Source: an uncultured archaeon (GTDB lineage Archaea; Thermoproteota; Nitrososphaeria_A; Caldarchaeales; Wolframiiraptoraceae). From it: a DNA stretch of 64,000 bases. A program made the translations under genes and the position numbers. The notes beneath the pieces are model-generated. The model had not been told where the DNA came from. It did no database searches and worked only from the letters and a program-made list of their open reading frames with translations. The DNA is taken from positions 10,897 through 74,896 of the forward strand of contig CALJVH010000013.1 of the NCBI GenBank assembly GCA_937974645.1, read 5' to 3'. How positions within the stretch are numbered: the stretch's first letter is position 1; each line of letters begins with the position of its first letter. Below are positions 18,793-27,652 of the stretch, one piece after another.

Positions 18793-19544
18793 GAGCTGAG
18801 AAAGCTACAGAGATCGAGAAGCTCGCCCGGAGAGAGCTGGAAAATTCTCTTTGAAATTAGCTTCTCCGGAAGGCTCTTCACCAGGCTGGTGGGAAGCTCG
18901 CCATCCCTTGACAGGTCCCTCAGCACGTGCCTAAGCACCTGCCTTCTTCTCGTGAAGAACTTTTTCCAGAGGAGCTTCCAAGAATCCTCCAGCCTTGGCA
19001 CTTCACTTCTTCGTCTCATCATGATTATCGCCGAATTGACTTTTGGAGGGGGACTGAATGCTGCTCTCGGCACGATCTCCAGTATCTGAGCCTCATAAAA
19101 GATTCTTGAGATAGCTGATATGTAGATGTATCTCGGCGACCCGGGAGCCGCGATAAGCTTTGACGCAAACTCCCTTTGCAGGGTTAGGATCATTAGTTCT
19201 GGTAACTGGTCAATGAGCCATTCGATGAGCCTCGAGGAGATGCTGTAAGGCGGGTTCGAGACGACCTTATTGAATCCAGTCGGCCTTATTTGCAGAACAT
19301 CACCAAACAGCACTTCCACGTTCGAGTATGTTTTAGAGAGCCTTCGGAGATCCTCGGCAAATGCTTTATCCACTTCGACCGCTATCACCTTCCCAGCCAT
19401 CTCCGCCAGCCTTCGAGTAAGAATACCGTTTCCAGCTCCAACCTCCAAGACCACATCTAACCGGGATAATTTCGCATACTCCACCATCCTGTCGAGAATT
19501 TTGGGATCATTGAGGAAGTGCTGACCGAGAACTCTCCTCCTCAT
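18777..19544 (-). CDS. rsmA: 16S rRNA (adenine1518/1519-N6)-dimethyltransferase KsgA/Dim1
   Basis: LGQHFL N-terminus, AdoMet motif VLEVGAGNGILT, catalytic NPPY-like SNPPYSIS. Confidence 0.9.
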   Translation of the reverse strand: MRRRVLGQHFLNDPKILDRMVEYAKLSRLDVVLEVGAGNGILTRRLAEMAGKVIAVEVDKAFAEDLRRLSKTYSNVEVLFGDVLQIRPTGFNKVVSNPPYSISSRLIEWLIDQLPELMILTLQREFASKLIAAPGSPRYIYISAISRIFYEAQILEIVPRAAFSPPPKVNSAIIMMRRRSEVPRLEDSWKLLWKKFFTRRRQVLRHVLRDLSRDGELPTSLVKSLPEKLISKRIFQLSPGELLDLCSFLSSWKEA

Positions 19545-20137
19545 GCCATGGATTCTCGGAAGATCGGCGGCCTAGCAAATAGCCTATATTTCTCTTCCGG
19601 ATCTCTCAACTCCTCGAGAATCCTTTGCTGGAGAGCCTTTACTGGATCTTGCACGCCTCCACGCTTTTTGAGGTCCTCATAGCTCTCGAAGGGCTTGATT
19701 CCCCTCTCCTCAATGATCTTCATCGCGATCTTCTTTCCAATTCCCGGTATGAGCTCGAGCGAGTGCATTCTCGAGGTTAGCGGCCGGGCAGTATTGAAGA
19801 ATTCGACGAAGCGCTTTTCATTCTCCTCCAATATCTTCAATATCGCCCTCTCAAGATTCATCTTCGCGTTAACGGTTAGGTCATCATAGAGTATTCTCCT
19901 GAGGATTCTCAAGATGCTTCTCGGCACGTCCCTCCCGATATACAGCCTGTTTCCAATTACCGGCTTATTCCCCCTTGGAGTGGCGGCTTCGAGGAGCGTG
20001 AAAAAGTCCTCGCCGAGAAGCTGGATCACATTTTCATCTCTATGGACGACTATATTTTGAGCTTGAGTCTTAAGCTCGGAGGCGGGGAAGACGTCCAGCA
20101 CGTATGCAAAATCCTCGTATTTTTTCTGCTTCACCAA
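19541..20137 (-). CDS. DUF655-family HhH protein, conserved in the archaeal rpo4-ksgA neighbourhood
   Basis: HhH LELIPGIGKKIAMKII. Conserved position between Rpo4 and KsgA. Confidence 0.55.
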   Translation of the reverse strand: MVKQKKYEDFAYVLDVFPASELKTQAQNIVVHRDENVIQLLGEDFFTLLEAATPRGNKPVIGNRLYIGRDVPRSILRILRRILYDDLTVNAKMNLERAILKILEENEKRFVEFFNTARPLTSRMHSLELIPGIGKKIAMKIIEERGIKPFESYEDLKKRGGVQDPVKALQQRILEELRDPEEKYRLFARPPIFRESMA

Positions 20138-20170
20138 TATGTCTCACATCCCGCCTTAAGTAATCTGTCC

Positions 20171-20533
20171 TTACTCCCTCTCTTTTCCTTTCTGAAGATA
20201 GCTTTTAACCAGCTCGACTATCGCTTGGAGCTTCTCCTCGGAGAAGAGAAGGAATGGGACCAGCCTCTTATAGCCGCCTAAGATTGCCCTTAGCTCTTCC
20301 ACATGAGTTGGACAGATATCTGCTATCTGGGCCGCCTCTTCCCTAGTAAGCTCGAATCTCTCCATAAGCTCCTTAATTAACTGCTCAGCACCATCAGCTG
20401 GAAGTTTTGAGAACTTTCTCACGTAATTTAAGACTCTCTGCTGAAGCGTGGTTAGCTCAGCCTCATTACTACTGAGTATTCTCTCAACTTCTGGAAGTGA
20501 GAGTGGGGTGCGGGAGATTATCTTCCTAACCAT
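20171..20533 (-). CDS. rpo4: RNA polymerase subunit Rpo4 (RpoF)
   Basis: About 120 aa; HRDC-like fold pattern; conserved gene order with L21e and DUF655. Confidence 0.55.
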   Translation of the reverse strand: MVRKIISRTPLSLPEVERILSSNEAELTTLQQRVLNYVRKFSKLPADGAEQLIKELMERFELTREEAAQIADICPTHVEELRAILGGYKRLVPFLLFSEEKLQAIVELVKSYLQKGKERE

Positions 20534-20539
20534 ATCCGA

Positions 20540-20833
20540 TCACGCACTCCACCTGATCAAGTGATCTGGAAGAACTATTAGCGTCCTAAAGCTTTCACCA
20601 AGCCTAATCCTGACAAGATATGCTCTTCCTCGCTTTCCCAAGATCTCCCCCACCTTCCCGTGATAACGCTTATGCGGCGCACCCTTATGCACTGTGGGAT
20701 TCAGTTTGATAACGACCTTTTCGCCGGGCTGGAAATCCTGGAGATAAATCTCTGGATTAGGCCCCTGCCTGCCTTTCATGGGCCTTGTAAGCAAGTCCCT
20801 AGACTTGTAGCGGAATCCCTTCGACTTCGGCAT
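20540..20833 (-). CDS. rpl21e: Ribosomal protein L21e
   Basis: MPKSKGFRYKSR...KGAPHKRYHGKVG signature. Confidence 0.85.
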   Translation of the reverse strand: MPKSKGFRYKSRDLLTRPMKGRQGPNPEIYLQDFQPGEKVVIKLNPTVHKGAPHKRYHGKVGEILGKRGRAYLVRIRLGESFRTLIVLPDHLIRWSA

Positions 20834-20875
20834 TTTTCCGGCTCCTCAATCAAATCTCCCAGCTTAAAACTTTTA

Positions 20876-21568
20876 TCAGGGCTGAGTATGAGAGCCCGTC
20901 CTATCCTTGATCTTCCTGAGAAACTTGCTCAACGAGCTCGCGAGCTTATCACTCCAATAACCGAACTCGGCTTCGATGGAAACAGAGAGATCTGGTCCCA
21001 CTCCTCCAACAATATATTTCAGCTCCATAGTCTCAATGCCCCTTAATGTGCTCTCCAAAAGCTTCCTTCTCTGAATCCCAATGGAGACGGGGACAACCAT
21101 TACCTCTCCCTTCAAGTTTATCCTGAAGATCTTGAAATTGAGATCCTGAAGTCTTCTCGTCTTCGCATACTTGACAGGATCTATGACCAAGGCCACCGCC
21201 TTAGGGAACAGCCTTTGATACAGCTTCTGGGTCTCGATGTCTATCGCTGAGAGAAATACCTCGAAGCCCGGATGAGAGTGATACCAGCCAACGATATATA
21301 GCCCGGGCCTATTCCTAAGAACCCACTCCGCCGCCGTGGCGATTGTTTCCTCCTCGAGATAAACGAAGCCCGGCGTGGATTTCTGCTCACCCGTTATAGC
21401 ATCCCAAACCTCAAGTATATCACCTCTTTTCAAGTATTTCCCAACAAGGAGGCCCGCGACCTCCTTGTTCAAATCATCTAAAGCATGTTTTATCATCTTC
21501 CCCAGCGCCAGCGGATAGATTCTAGCTCTCATGCAGGAGAAAATGCTATTCAAGATGGATTTTAACAT
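20876..21568 (-). CDS. JAMM/MPN+ metalloprotease, Rpn11/BRCC36-like deubiquitinase
   Basis: Conserved Glu (LEEE) followed by GWYHSHPGFEVFLSAID, which is the H-x-H-x7-S-x2-D JAMM zinc motif. Divergent from the Ub-E2-E1-RING genes. Confidence 0.85.
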   Translation of the reverse strand: MLKSILNSIFSCMRARIYPLALGKMIKHALDDLNKEVAGLLVGKYLKRGDILEVWDAITGEQKSTPGFVYLEEETIATAAEWVLRNRPGLYIVGWYHSHPGFEVFLSAIDIETQKLYQRLFPKAVALVIDPVKYAKTRRLQDLNFKIFRINLKGEVMVVPVSIGIQRRKLLESTLRGIETMELKYIVGGVGPDLSVSIEAEFGYWSDKLASSLSKFLRKIKDRTGSHTQP

Positions 21569-21682
21569 TTAACATTCTGCAAAGGGGGGTAGCATTCACC
21601 TTTCACACAAAACATCAAACTCTAAACCCTACTGGAAAACTCTTGAAGGATGTTCTCCCGACAGGCTCTTCACACAACATAT

Positions 21683-21690
21683 TTATATAT
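21683..21690 (+). promoter_or_regulatory. Putative TATA box (ttatatat) about 43 bp upstream of the Ubl start. A GGGGGT Shine-Dalgarno-like element lies at 21716-21721.
   Basis: AT-rich octamer within the 164-bp divergent intergenic region between the JAMM and Ubl genes. Confidence 0.3.
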
Positions 21691-21732
21691 CGTGTAGTCG
21701 TTATAATTTCAGACAGGGGGTTTGAATGAGCT

Positions 21733-21969
21733 ATGAAAATTAGAATCGTCCCTGCTGTGGGAGGAGGTAATCCTATAGAGCTTGAAGTTTCACCCTCCAC
21801 GACTATCGGAGCTATCAGGGCCAAGGTGTGTGCCATGAAAAAGCTTCCACCCGATACGACGAGACTCACTTATAGAGGCAGAGCTCTCAAAGATACGGAA
21901 ACACTCGAATCGATTGGGGCGCAGGATGGAGATAAGCTTATACTGATAACTAGGACTGTCGGAGGGTAA
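21733..21969 (+). CDS. Ubiquitin-like protein (eukaryote-type ubiquitin homolog) terminating directly in Gly-Gly
   Basis: 78 aa, MKIRIV..IELEVSPSTTIGAIRAKV...PPDTTRLTYRGRALKDTETLESIGAQDGDKLILITRTVGG*. Colinear with ubiquitin ([58 protein letters not shown]). Confidence 0.9.
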   Translation: MKIRIVPAVGGGNPIELEVSPSTTIGAIRAKVCAMKKLPPDTTRLTYRGRALKDTETLESIGAQDGDKLILITRTVGG

Positions 21970-22038
21970 TTCTCGCCGGAGAATCTGTTAAGGGCGCTCA
22001 AAGTTAATTACCTGCCTCCCAAATATGGGAGTAATAGC

Positions 22039-22518
22039 TTGAAAACACAGCTTCCAGAGACCCTGTGGAGTAGGAGACTGGCGCTAGAGTATAAGTTGAT
22101 GCGGGAGAATGAGCCCACCTTCGACATAGTGGACAATCAGTTAACCCATTATCGGGGCGTAATAATCGGAGAGGGGCTTTATGAGGGCGGATTCTTTAAG
22201 ATCGAGATAATAGTTCCGCGAGCATTCCCGTATATGCCGCCTGACATAATTTGGTGGACGAGGATATGGCATCCGAACTTCACGGATGAAGTTCCTGCGA
22301 GGATCTGTGAGTCCATTTTCAAAAATGATTGGAGCCCCTCGCTTCACCTCTTCTCTGTGGTGGAGGCCTTAAGAAATCTCCTCAATAATCCGAACCCGGA
22401 GGATCCGCTGAATACCTTCGCCGCGGCGGAGATGAAGTACAGGCCGGATATCTTCGAGGCCAGGGTCAAGAGCTATATCGAGTTATATGCTAGGCCGGAG
22501 TATGCTTTCCAAGAGTAG
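22039..22518 (+). CDS. E2 ubiquitin-conjugating enzyme (UBC fold)
   Basis: N-terminal RRLALEYKLM. HPN motif with catalytic Cys: IWHPNFTDEVPARICESIFKNDWSPSL. Confidence 0.85.
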   Translation: MKTQLPETLWSRRLALEYKLMRENEPTFDIVDNQLTHYRGVIIGEGLYEGGFFKIEIIVPRAFPYMPPDIIWWTRIWHPNFTDEVPARICESIFKNDWSPSLHLFSVVEALRNLLNNPNPEDPLNTFAAAEMKYRPDIFEARVKSYIELYARPEYAFQE

Positions 22519-22587
22519 GAAGGTGCCAATTGTCCGAGTCTTAAGGTAATGCTCATATAAGCCATTAAGGCGCTTTCCCTTAGCAGG

Positions 22588-23766
22588 ATGATCGAAGAGG
22601 GGCGTAACCTCGAGCGATATGATCGGCAGCTCAGGATTGAGGGGTGGAATCAGGAGAATCTTACCAAAGCTAGGGTTGTGATCGCGGGCGTCGGAGCAAC
22701 AGGTTGTGAAGTCTCTAAAAACCTCGCATTAATGGGTGTTGGAAAACTAGTCCTAGTTGATAATGATGTTGTCGAGTTGTCAAATCTGAGCAGACAGATG
22801 CTCTTTCTAGAAGATGATATAGGTAGGCCGAAGGCCATAGTTGCAGCGGATAGGCTGAAAAAAATGAATCCACTTATAAACATTGAAGCATATTTCGAGG
22901 ATGTTAGAAATCTTGATGTGACGGTCTTTGAGGAGGCGGATGTGCTGATATCGTGTCTTGACAACTGGCCCGTGAGAAGATGGATGAACTCCCTAGCAAT
23001 TGAGCTTAATAAGCCGCTCGTGGATCTAGCGATGGAGGGCTTCTATGCCAATCTTCAAGTCGTAATCCCGAAAAGGACAGCATGCTTGGAATGCCATGGA
23101 GAAGATCTGATACCGCAAGAGGCTCAGCTTGCCGAATGCACTCTGAGAAGAAGAAGGCCGGAAGACCTCGTTCAAGATCTGAAGAATGCGGGCATCGAAA
23201 TAAGCACGAAAGTTGCTGAGAAGCTCTTCGAGCACGATATTAAGACTATCTATGATCTGAAGTATGCTCAAGAGGGAGTGTTGATAAAGCTTGATAAGAA
23301 GACCCTTAAAGTGGTTAAGGAGATAAGGGAGAGGCTGAGGCCGAAGCTCCCCGCACTTCAAAGCGTTGCCGCAATGATCTCAGGACTAGCCTCTACAGAG
23401 ATCGTTAAGATACTTCATAGAGATGATCTCGGAGAACTCGTTAAAGGGCTTTTTGTATATGATGGCCTTGCAGGCCAGTTCACGGTCGTCGAGCTCGAGA
23501 GAAATCCTGAATGCTTCGTTTGTGGAGATTTTGTCGAGGAGGAGTTGACAATTACCATCAAGCCAAGTGAATCGATACTCGAGTTGAAAAAGAGGGTCGC
23601 GGAGATATTCAGAATCCCAGATCCCGAGATACTTTACCGGGAATGGAGACTCCCAGATGATAAGAAGATTTCAGAAACAGGGATCAGGGAGAATGACACA
23701 ATATATATTACTACCAGCAGGAGGTTTATGCCCCTGCAATTAAGAATTCAGATGATTCAGGGGTGA
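22588..23766 (+). CDS. E1-like ubiquitin-activating enzyme (ThiF/MoeB/UBA fold) with C-terminal beta-grasp-like domain
   Basis: RYDRQ start. Nucleotide-binding GVGATGCEVSKNLALMGVGKLVLVDNDVVELSNLSRQ. Zn motif CLECHG. Candidate catalytic Cys in AECTL. C-terminal LTITIKPSESILELKKRVAEIF... resembles a Ub-fold domain. Confidence 0.85.
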   Translation: MIEEGRNLERYDRQLRIEGWNQENLTKARVVIAGVGATGCEVSKNLALMGVGKLVLVDNDVVELSNLSRQMLFLEDDIGRPKAIVAADRLKKMNPLINIEAYFEDVRNLDVTVFEEADVLISCLDNWPVRRWMNSLAIELNKPLVDLAMEGFYANLQVVIPKRTACLECHGEDLIPQEAQLAECTLRRRRPEDLVQDLKNAGIEISTKVAEKLFEHDIKTIYDLKYAQEGVLIKLDKKTLKVVKEIRERLRPKLPALQSVAAMISGLASTEIVKILHRDDLGELVKGLFVYDGLAGQFTVVELERNPECFVCGDFVEEELTITIKPSESILELKKRVAEIFRIPDPEILYREWRLPDDKKISETGIRENDTIYITTSRRFMPLQLRIQMIQG

Positions 23767-23773
23767 TAGCGAT

Positions 23774-24007
23774 TTGAAAAGAATAACAATAGATGAAGAG
23801 GAAAAAGCGGGCGACTGGAATCTTGAGTTCGAGGAGGAGAAAAAGATAGATATATGCCCCGTTTGCTCCGCGGAGATACATGAGGGAATGCCTATTTTCG
23901 AGTGCCCCTTCTGTGGAAACATTATGCATGCGAAATGCGTCCAGCCATGGATAGATGAGCGGGGAACCTGTCCAATATGCAAAAGATCTTTATCACAGAG
24001 GACCTAA
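23774..24007 (+). CDS. Small RING-like zinc finger protein (C4HC3 spacing), candidate E3. TTG start 8 nt after the E1 stop.
   Basis: C-x2-C-x12-C-x2-C-x4-H-x2-C-x10-C-x2-C (ICPVC...ECPFCGNIMHAKCVQPWIDERGTCPICK) with the conserved Trp after ligand 6. Confidence 0.75.
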   Translation: MKRITIDEEEKAGDWNLEFEEEKKIDICPVCSAEIHEGMPIFECPFCGNIMHAKCVQPWIDERGTCPICKRSLSQRT

Positions 24008-24031
24008 AAGTTTTAGGAGGGGAAGACGAGC

Positions 24032-24385
24032 TTGAACAAAACGAGTGGTGGCGGTATAATCTTAAAGCCTAAATACCTCGAAACTCCCAAGGGCAGGATA
24101 CCGACCTATGATTTTGTAATGGGGCTGGCGAAGGCCATCGATATTCTGGATGAGGTGGTTGCGGAGCTTGAGGATAAGGTGAAGAATTTGGAGCCGGCTG
24201 GCGTACCAGAGCTAAGTGACCTGAAAAATAGGCTGGAAAGCGTCGAAGAAAGCTTGAAAAATTTGGAGAAAAGGTTGGAGCTCGAACTCGAGGATTTCAA
24301 TGATAAGTTGACGACGTTAACGGATGTGATTAATGAGCTCGCAGAAAAAGTTCAGAGGATCGAGGGGAGTATGTCTAGGGGCTGA
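24032..24385 (+). CDS. Hypothetical coiled-coil protein
   Basis: Heptad-rich acidic sequence; no enzymatic motif. Confidence 0.3.
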   Translation: MNKTSGGGIILKPKYLETPKGRIPTYDFVMGLAKAIDILDEVVAELEDKVKNLEPAGVPELSDLKNRLESVEESLKNLEKRLELELEDFNDKLTTLTDVINELAEKVQRIEGSMSRG

Positions 24386-25214
24386 CGACAGCACGCCTCA
24401 TCTCGGCGATCAGTTTCTCAAGATTCACTCGTTTATTCTCGAGTTCTCTTAGCTCGGTTTCAAGTCTTCTCTTCCGCTCTTCTAGCATATTCAGCTCGCT
24501 CCTTAGCTGGAGGACCCGCTTTTCAAGCTCTTCCGCTTCCTCCTCCTTCTCCTTCAGCTTAGATAGCTCCTGCCTTAGCTCGGCTTCCTTCCTGATAAGC
24601 CGCTCCATCCGTATCTCCCTTATCTTGAAATCTCTGAGAAGCCCCTTGAACATATTCTCAAGCCTATTTCCTAGTTCCTCAAGCTCTTTGAAGTAGGTAT
24701 TTTCTAGCTCCGAGATCTTACGCTCCAGCCCGAGCTTTCTTTCCTCAAATTCCCTCAGCTCAGCTTCTCTTAATGCGAGCTCCCTCTCTTTCGCATCGAG
24801 CTCGCTCCCCCATTTCTTTAGTTCCTGCCTGATTACGGAGAGCTCGCTCTTCTCCTTTAACAGTGCCTCAATCTCCTTCTTGATTACCTCGCGCTCCCTG
24901 CTCAGTGTATCAACAATATCTTTTAAGCCTTCTTGAACGGAGAGAAGGGTACTTTCGTAAAACTTGACTTGATTGAGGTCTTCTGAAATCTTTTCAGCCT
25001 TCTCGAGAAATGTCGCCAGCTTGACCCTTGTGCTCTCTGGTTGTGATAATATCGCTCTGAGAAGGGATAGGATCTCCGCAAGCCTAGACTCCATGCTCTT
25101 CAACGCATCATCGAAGGATGCTACCTGCGCGGAGATCTTTTGCTCTAGATTGCTTAACTTTTCATTTATCCTATCCTCCAGCTCCTCGACCTTCTTCCCG
25201 CCAAATGGTGGCAT
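24375..25214 (-). CDS. Long coiled-coil protein (SMC/intermediate-filament-like heptad repeats)
   Basis: 279 aa of nearly continuous E/K/R/L heptads. Confidence 0.4.
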   Translation of the reverse strand: MPPFGGKKVEELEDRINEKLSNLEQKISAQVASFDDALKSMESRLAEILSLLRAILSQPESTRVKLATFLEKAEKISEDLNQVKFYESTLLSVQEGLKDIVDTLSREREVIKKEIEALLKEKSELSVIRQELKKWGSELDAKERELALREAELREFEERKLGLERKISELENTYFKELEELGNRLENMFKGLLRDFKIREIRMERLIRKEAELRQELSKLKEKEEEAEELEKRVLQLRSELNMLEERKRRLETELRELENKRVNLEKLIAEMRRAVVSP

Positions 25215-25315
25215 TTCTAGTCAAGAGGCACGTAAAGTATTATAAAAAGTTGACTTCCAACTTGGCCATAGTTTGAGGGCGCTCAGCTGTTACGAGCTTT
25301 GTTTATAAGGCAGGA

Positions 25316-26062
25316 ATGCTGAGCCCTAATGGGAGCTGTGCGAGGTTGCTCACAACAAGAGAGGAAGTAATGTCCAGGTTGTATAAGATCGGGTCAAGCG
25401 CCGCCGCCATGGGAGCAATTCATATTCTCACGCTTCTCTTAAGCTGGTATGTTCAAGTGATCGATGAGACTGAAAGATCTATTCAGGGCCTTGTAAGCCC
25501 TTACGCGACCATGATATCTCTTGTCGGGGGAATTATGGCGGGCATAGGGGTAATCATAATACACTTCGTCAAGAGGCTTAGGCTTATGAAGAACATTTTA
25601 GGAGCCTCGATTATCATGGGCGGCTTTCTTGCAACGGTCTCGCCAATATACTCTTATTGGTTCTGGCTACTAGATTTATCAAGCTACTCGAGATTTGATC
25701 TCGGATTCTTCGTAGCAACCTTCACAGGAGTAATCCTGCTAGCAATAGGAGCGCTGGCATTACTCACACCGGTGAAAGAAGAGGTAATCCCGATGCCTTT
25801 CGCCACTCCACAACCGACCACCCCAGAATTATTTGAGGCTGGTGTGGCCGCTCCAAGCCCAACTAGGCCCGCGACCACCAAGCTCGTCCCAGCGCCGGAT
25901 GTCGAGGAGGCAATATGTAGTATATGCTTTGACTTTATACCAGAGGGAGAGGCAGTGAGGTGTAGTAACTGTGACGCAATATTCCATAAAGGATGCATTG
26001 ATTCTTGGGTAGGCATTAATGGAACATGCCCAAGTTGTAAAGCTGTTGTTATAGAGGGCTAG
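25316..26062 (+). CDS. Membrane protein with four predicted TM helices, a Pro/Thr-rich linker and a C-terminal C4HC3 RING-like zinc finger. Candidate membrane-anchored E3.
   Basis: C-terminus CSICFDFIPEGEAVRCSNCDAIFHKGCIDSWVGINGTCPSCK shows C-x2-C-x11-C-x2-C-x4-H-x2-C-x10-C-x2-C, same spacing as ORF 23774..24007. Hydrophobic segments at about aa 25-50, 62-85, 95-120 and 130-152. Confidence 0.7.
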   Translation: MLSPNGSCARLLTTREEVMSRLYKIGSSAAAMGAIHILTLLLSWYVQVIDETERSIQGLVSPYATMISLVGGIMAGIGVIIIHFVKRLRLMKNILGASIIMGGFLATVSPIYSYWFWLLDLSSYSRFDLGFFVATFTGVILLAIGALALLTPVKEEVIPMPFATPQPTTPELFEAGVAAPSPTRPATTKLVPAPDVEEAICSICFDFIPEGEAVRCSNCDAIFHKGCIDSWVGINGTCPSCKAVVIEG

Positions 26063-26112
26063 AGCCTAAAAAACTAATATAACGGAAACTTGATCGAATC
26101 TAAGGTCTTATT

Positions 26113-27600
26113 ATGCAACTTAAAGCCGATAAAGGCGTGGGCAGAAGGTTTGAAGAGCTGATAAAGCTCGCTCTCGAGAAGGGATTCTTCGCTTCTTCTT
26201 CAGAGATTTATGGAGATGCTCCTGCGGGTTTCTGGGATTATGGTCCGCTTGGAGCTGCGATGAAGAGGAAGTTCATTGAGCTCTGGAGGAGGGAGCTTGT
26301 GAGAAGGGATGAAATGCTGGAGATTGACGGCGCGCAAATCCTCTCCAAGAGCGTCTTCAAAGCTTCTGGGCACCTGGATAGCTTCGTTGATCCAATAGCG
26401 CGATGCAGTAAATGTGGGGCGATATATCGTGTTGATAAGCTGATAGAGGAGAGGACCGAATTGCATATTCCCGAGAGAATGAGCTTAGATGAGATGAAAA
26501 GGATCGTGGAGAATAATGGGGTTAGGTGTACTCGATGCGGAGGCGAGCTCACCGGCTATTCCTACTTCAACATGATGTTCAGGGTTGGCGTCGGGGTCGC
26601 GGAGGCCGATGCTTATCTTAGGCCGGAAACATGCCAAAACATCTTCGTGGACTTTCTCAGAGTATACAAGACAATGAGGAGAAAACTGCCCTTTGCGATA
26701 GCGCAATATGGGAAGAGCTTTAGGAATGAGATCTCGCCTAGGCAAGGTCTCCTCAGAATGAGAGAATTTTACCAGGCCGAGATAGAAGTCTTCTTTAACC
26801 CAGACAAGGCCGATGACTTCCCGAAGGCTAATGCGATAATGGATTATGAGCTACGGCTTCAGCAAGTCGGCGAGAGCGAGCCTGCCGAAATCACGTGTCA
26901 GGACGCCCTAGGCCAAGGACTTATCTCCAGCAAGCTCGTCGCCTACTATCTCGCCCTGATCCAGCAATTCTATGAAAAGGTGGGGATTCCTAGAGAGAGG
27001 ATTAGATTGAGGCAGCTCGGAGAGGATGAGAAGGCGTTCTATGCCGTCGAGGCATGGGATCTGGAGGTTGAGACCAGCCTCGGGTGGATAGAGCTCGTCG
27101 CCTGCAACAATAGGGGAGACCACGATCTTGGAGGTCATCAGAGGATGAGCGGTCATGAAATAGAGGTAATGGACGATGGGCAAAAAGTCCTACCGCACGT
27201 ATTCGAGCTTTCGATGGGGGTGGATAGAAGCCTATACTGCATACTCGAGAACTTCCTCAGCCTCAAGAATGGAAAGATCATGCTTAGATTGCCTCCCTAC
27301 CTCGCGCCAGTAGATGCAGCTATTTTACCACTGGTCTCAAGAGAGCCGTTGATCAGTAAAGCGTTGGAGGTCTATGATGAGCTGAGAAGAGATTTTGACG
27401 TGGAATATGATGATTCAGGAAGTATTGGAAGAAGATACATGAGATATGATGAGATAGGCGTCCCCATATGCATCACCATTGATCACCAGACGATCGAGGA
27501 TGAAAGCATTACAATCAGATTCAGAGATGCTGCGCATCAGATCAGGATTGATATAAGTGAATTGCCATATCTTCTAAGGGAGTGGTTGGCATATCCCTGA
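26113..27600 (+). CDS. glyS: Glycyl-tRNA synthetase, archaeal/eukaryal alpha2 type
   Basis: Class II motifs FRNEISPRQGLLRMREFYQAEIEVF; Zn ribbon CSKCG...CTRCGG; anticodon-binding C-terminal domain. Confidence 0.9.
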   Translation: MQLKADKGVGRRFEELIKLALEKGFFASSSEIYGDAPAGFWDYGPLGAAMKRKFIELWRRELVRRDEMLEIDGAQILSKSVFKASGHLDSFVDPIARCSKCGAIYRVDKLIEERTELHIPERMSLDEMKRIVENNGVRCTRCGGELTGYSYFNMMFRVGVGVAEADAYLRPETCQNIFVDFLRVYKTMRRKLPFAIAQYGKSFRNEISPRQGLLRMREFYQAEIEVFFNPDKADDFPKANAIMDYELRLQQVGESEPAEITCQDALGQGLISSKLVAYYLALIQQFYEKVGIPRERIRLRQLGEDEKAFYAVEAWDLEVETSLGWIELVACNNRGDHDLGGHQRMSGHEIEVMDDGQKVLPHVFELSMGVDRSLYCILENFLSLKNGKIMLRLPPYLAPVDAAILPLVSREPLISKALEVYDELRRDFDVEYDDSGSIGRRYMRYDEIGVPICITIDHQTIEDESITIRFRDAAHQIRIDISELPYLLREWLAYP

Positions 27601-27652
27601 GAATCGCGAAAGGCTTTATATTAGCAGCACATAATAAACATTATAGGGAAAA

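Noticed and set aside
24106-24300. Ser-rich 64-aa ORF antisense to the coiled-coil gene
   Set aside because: Compositional artefact of the GAA/GAG-rich coiled-coil coding strand.
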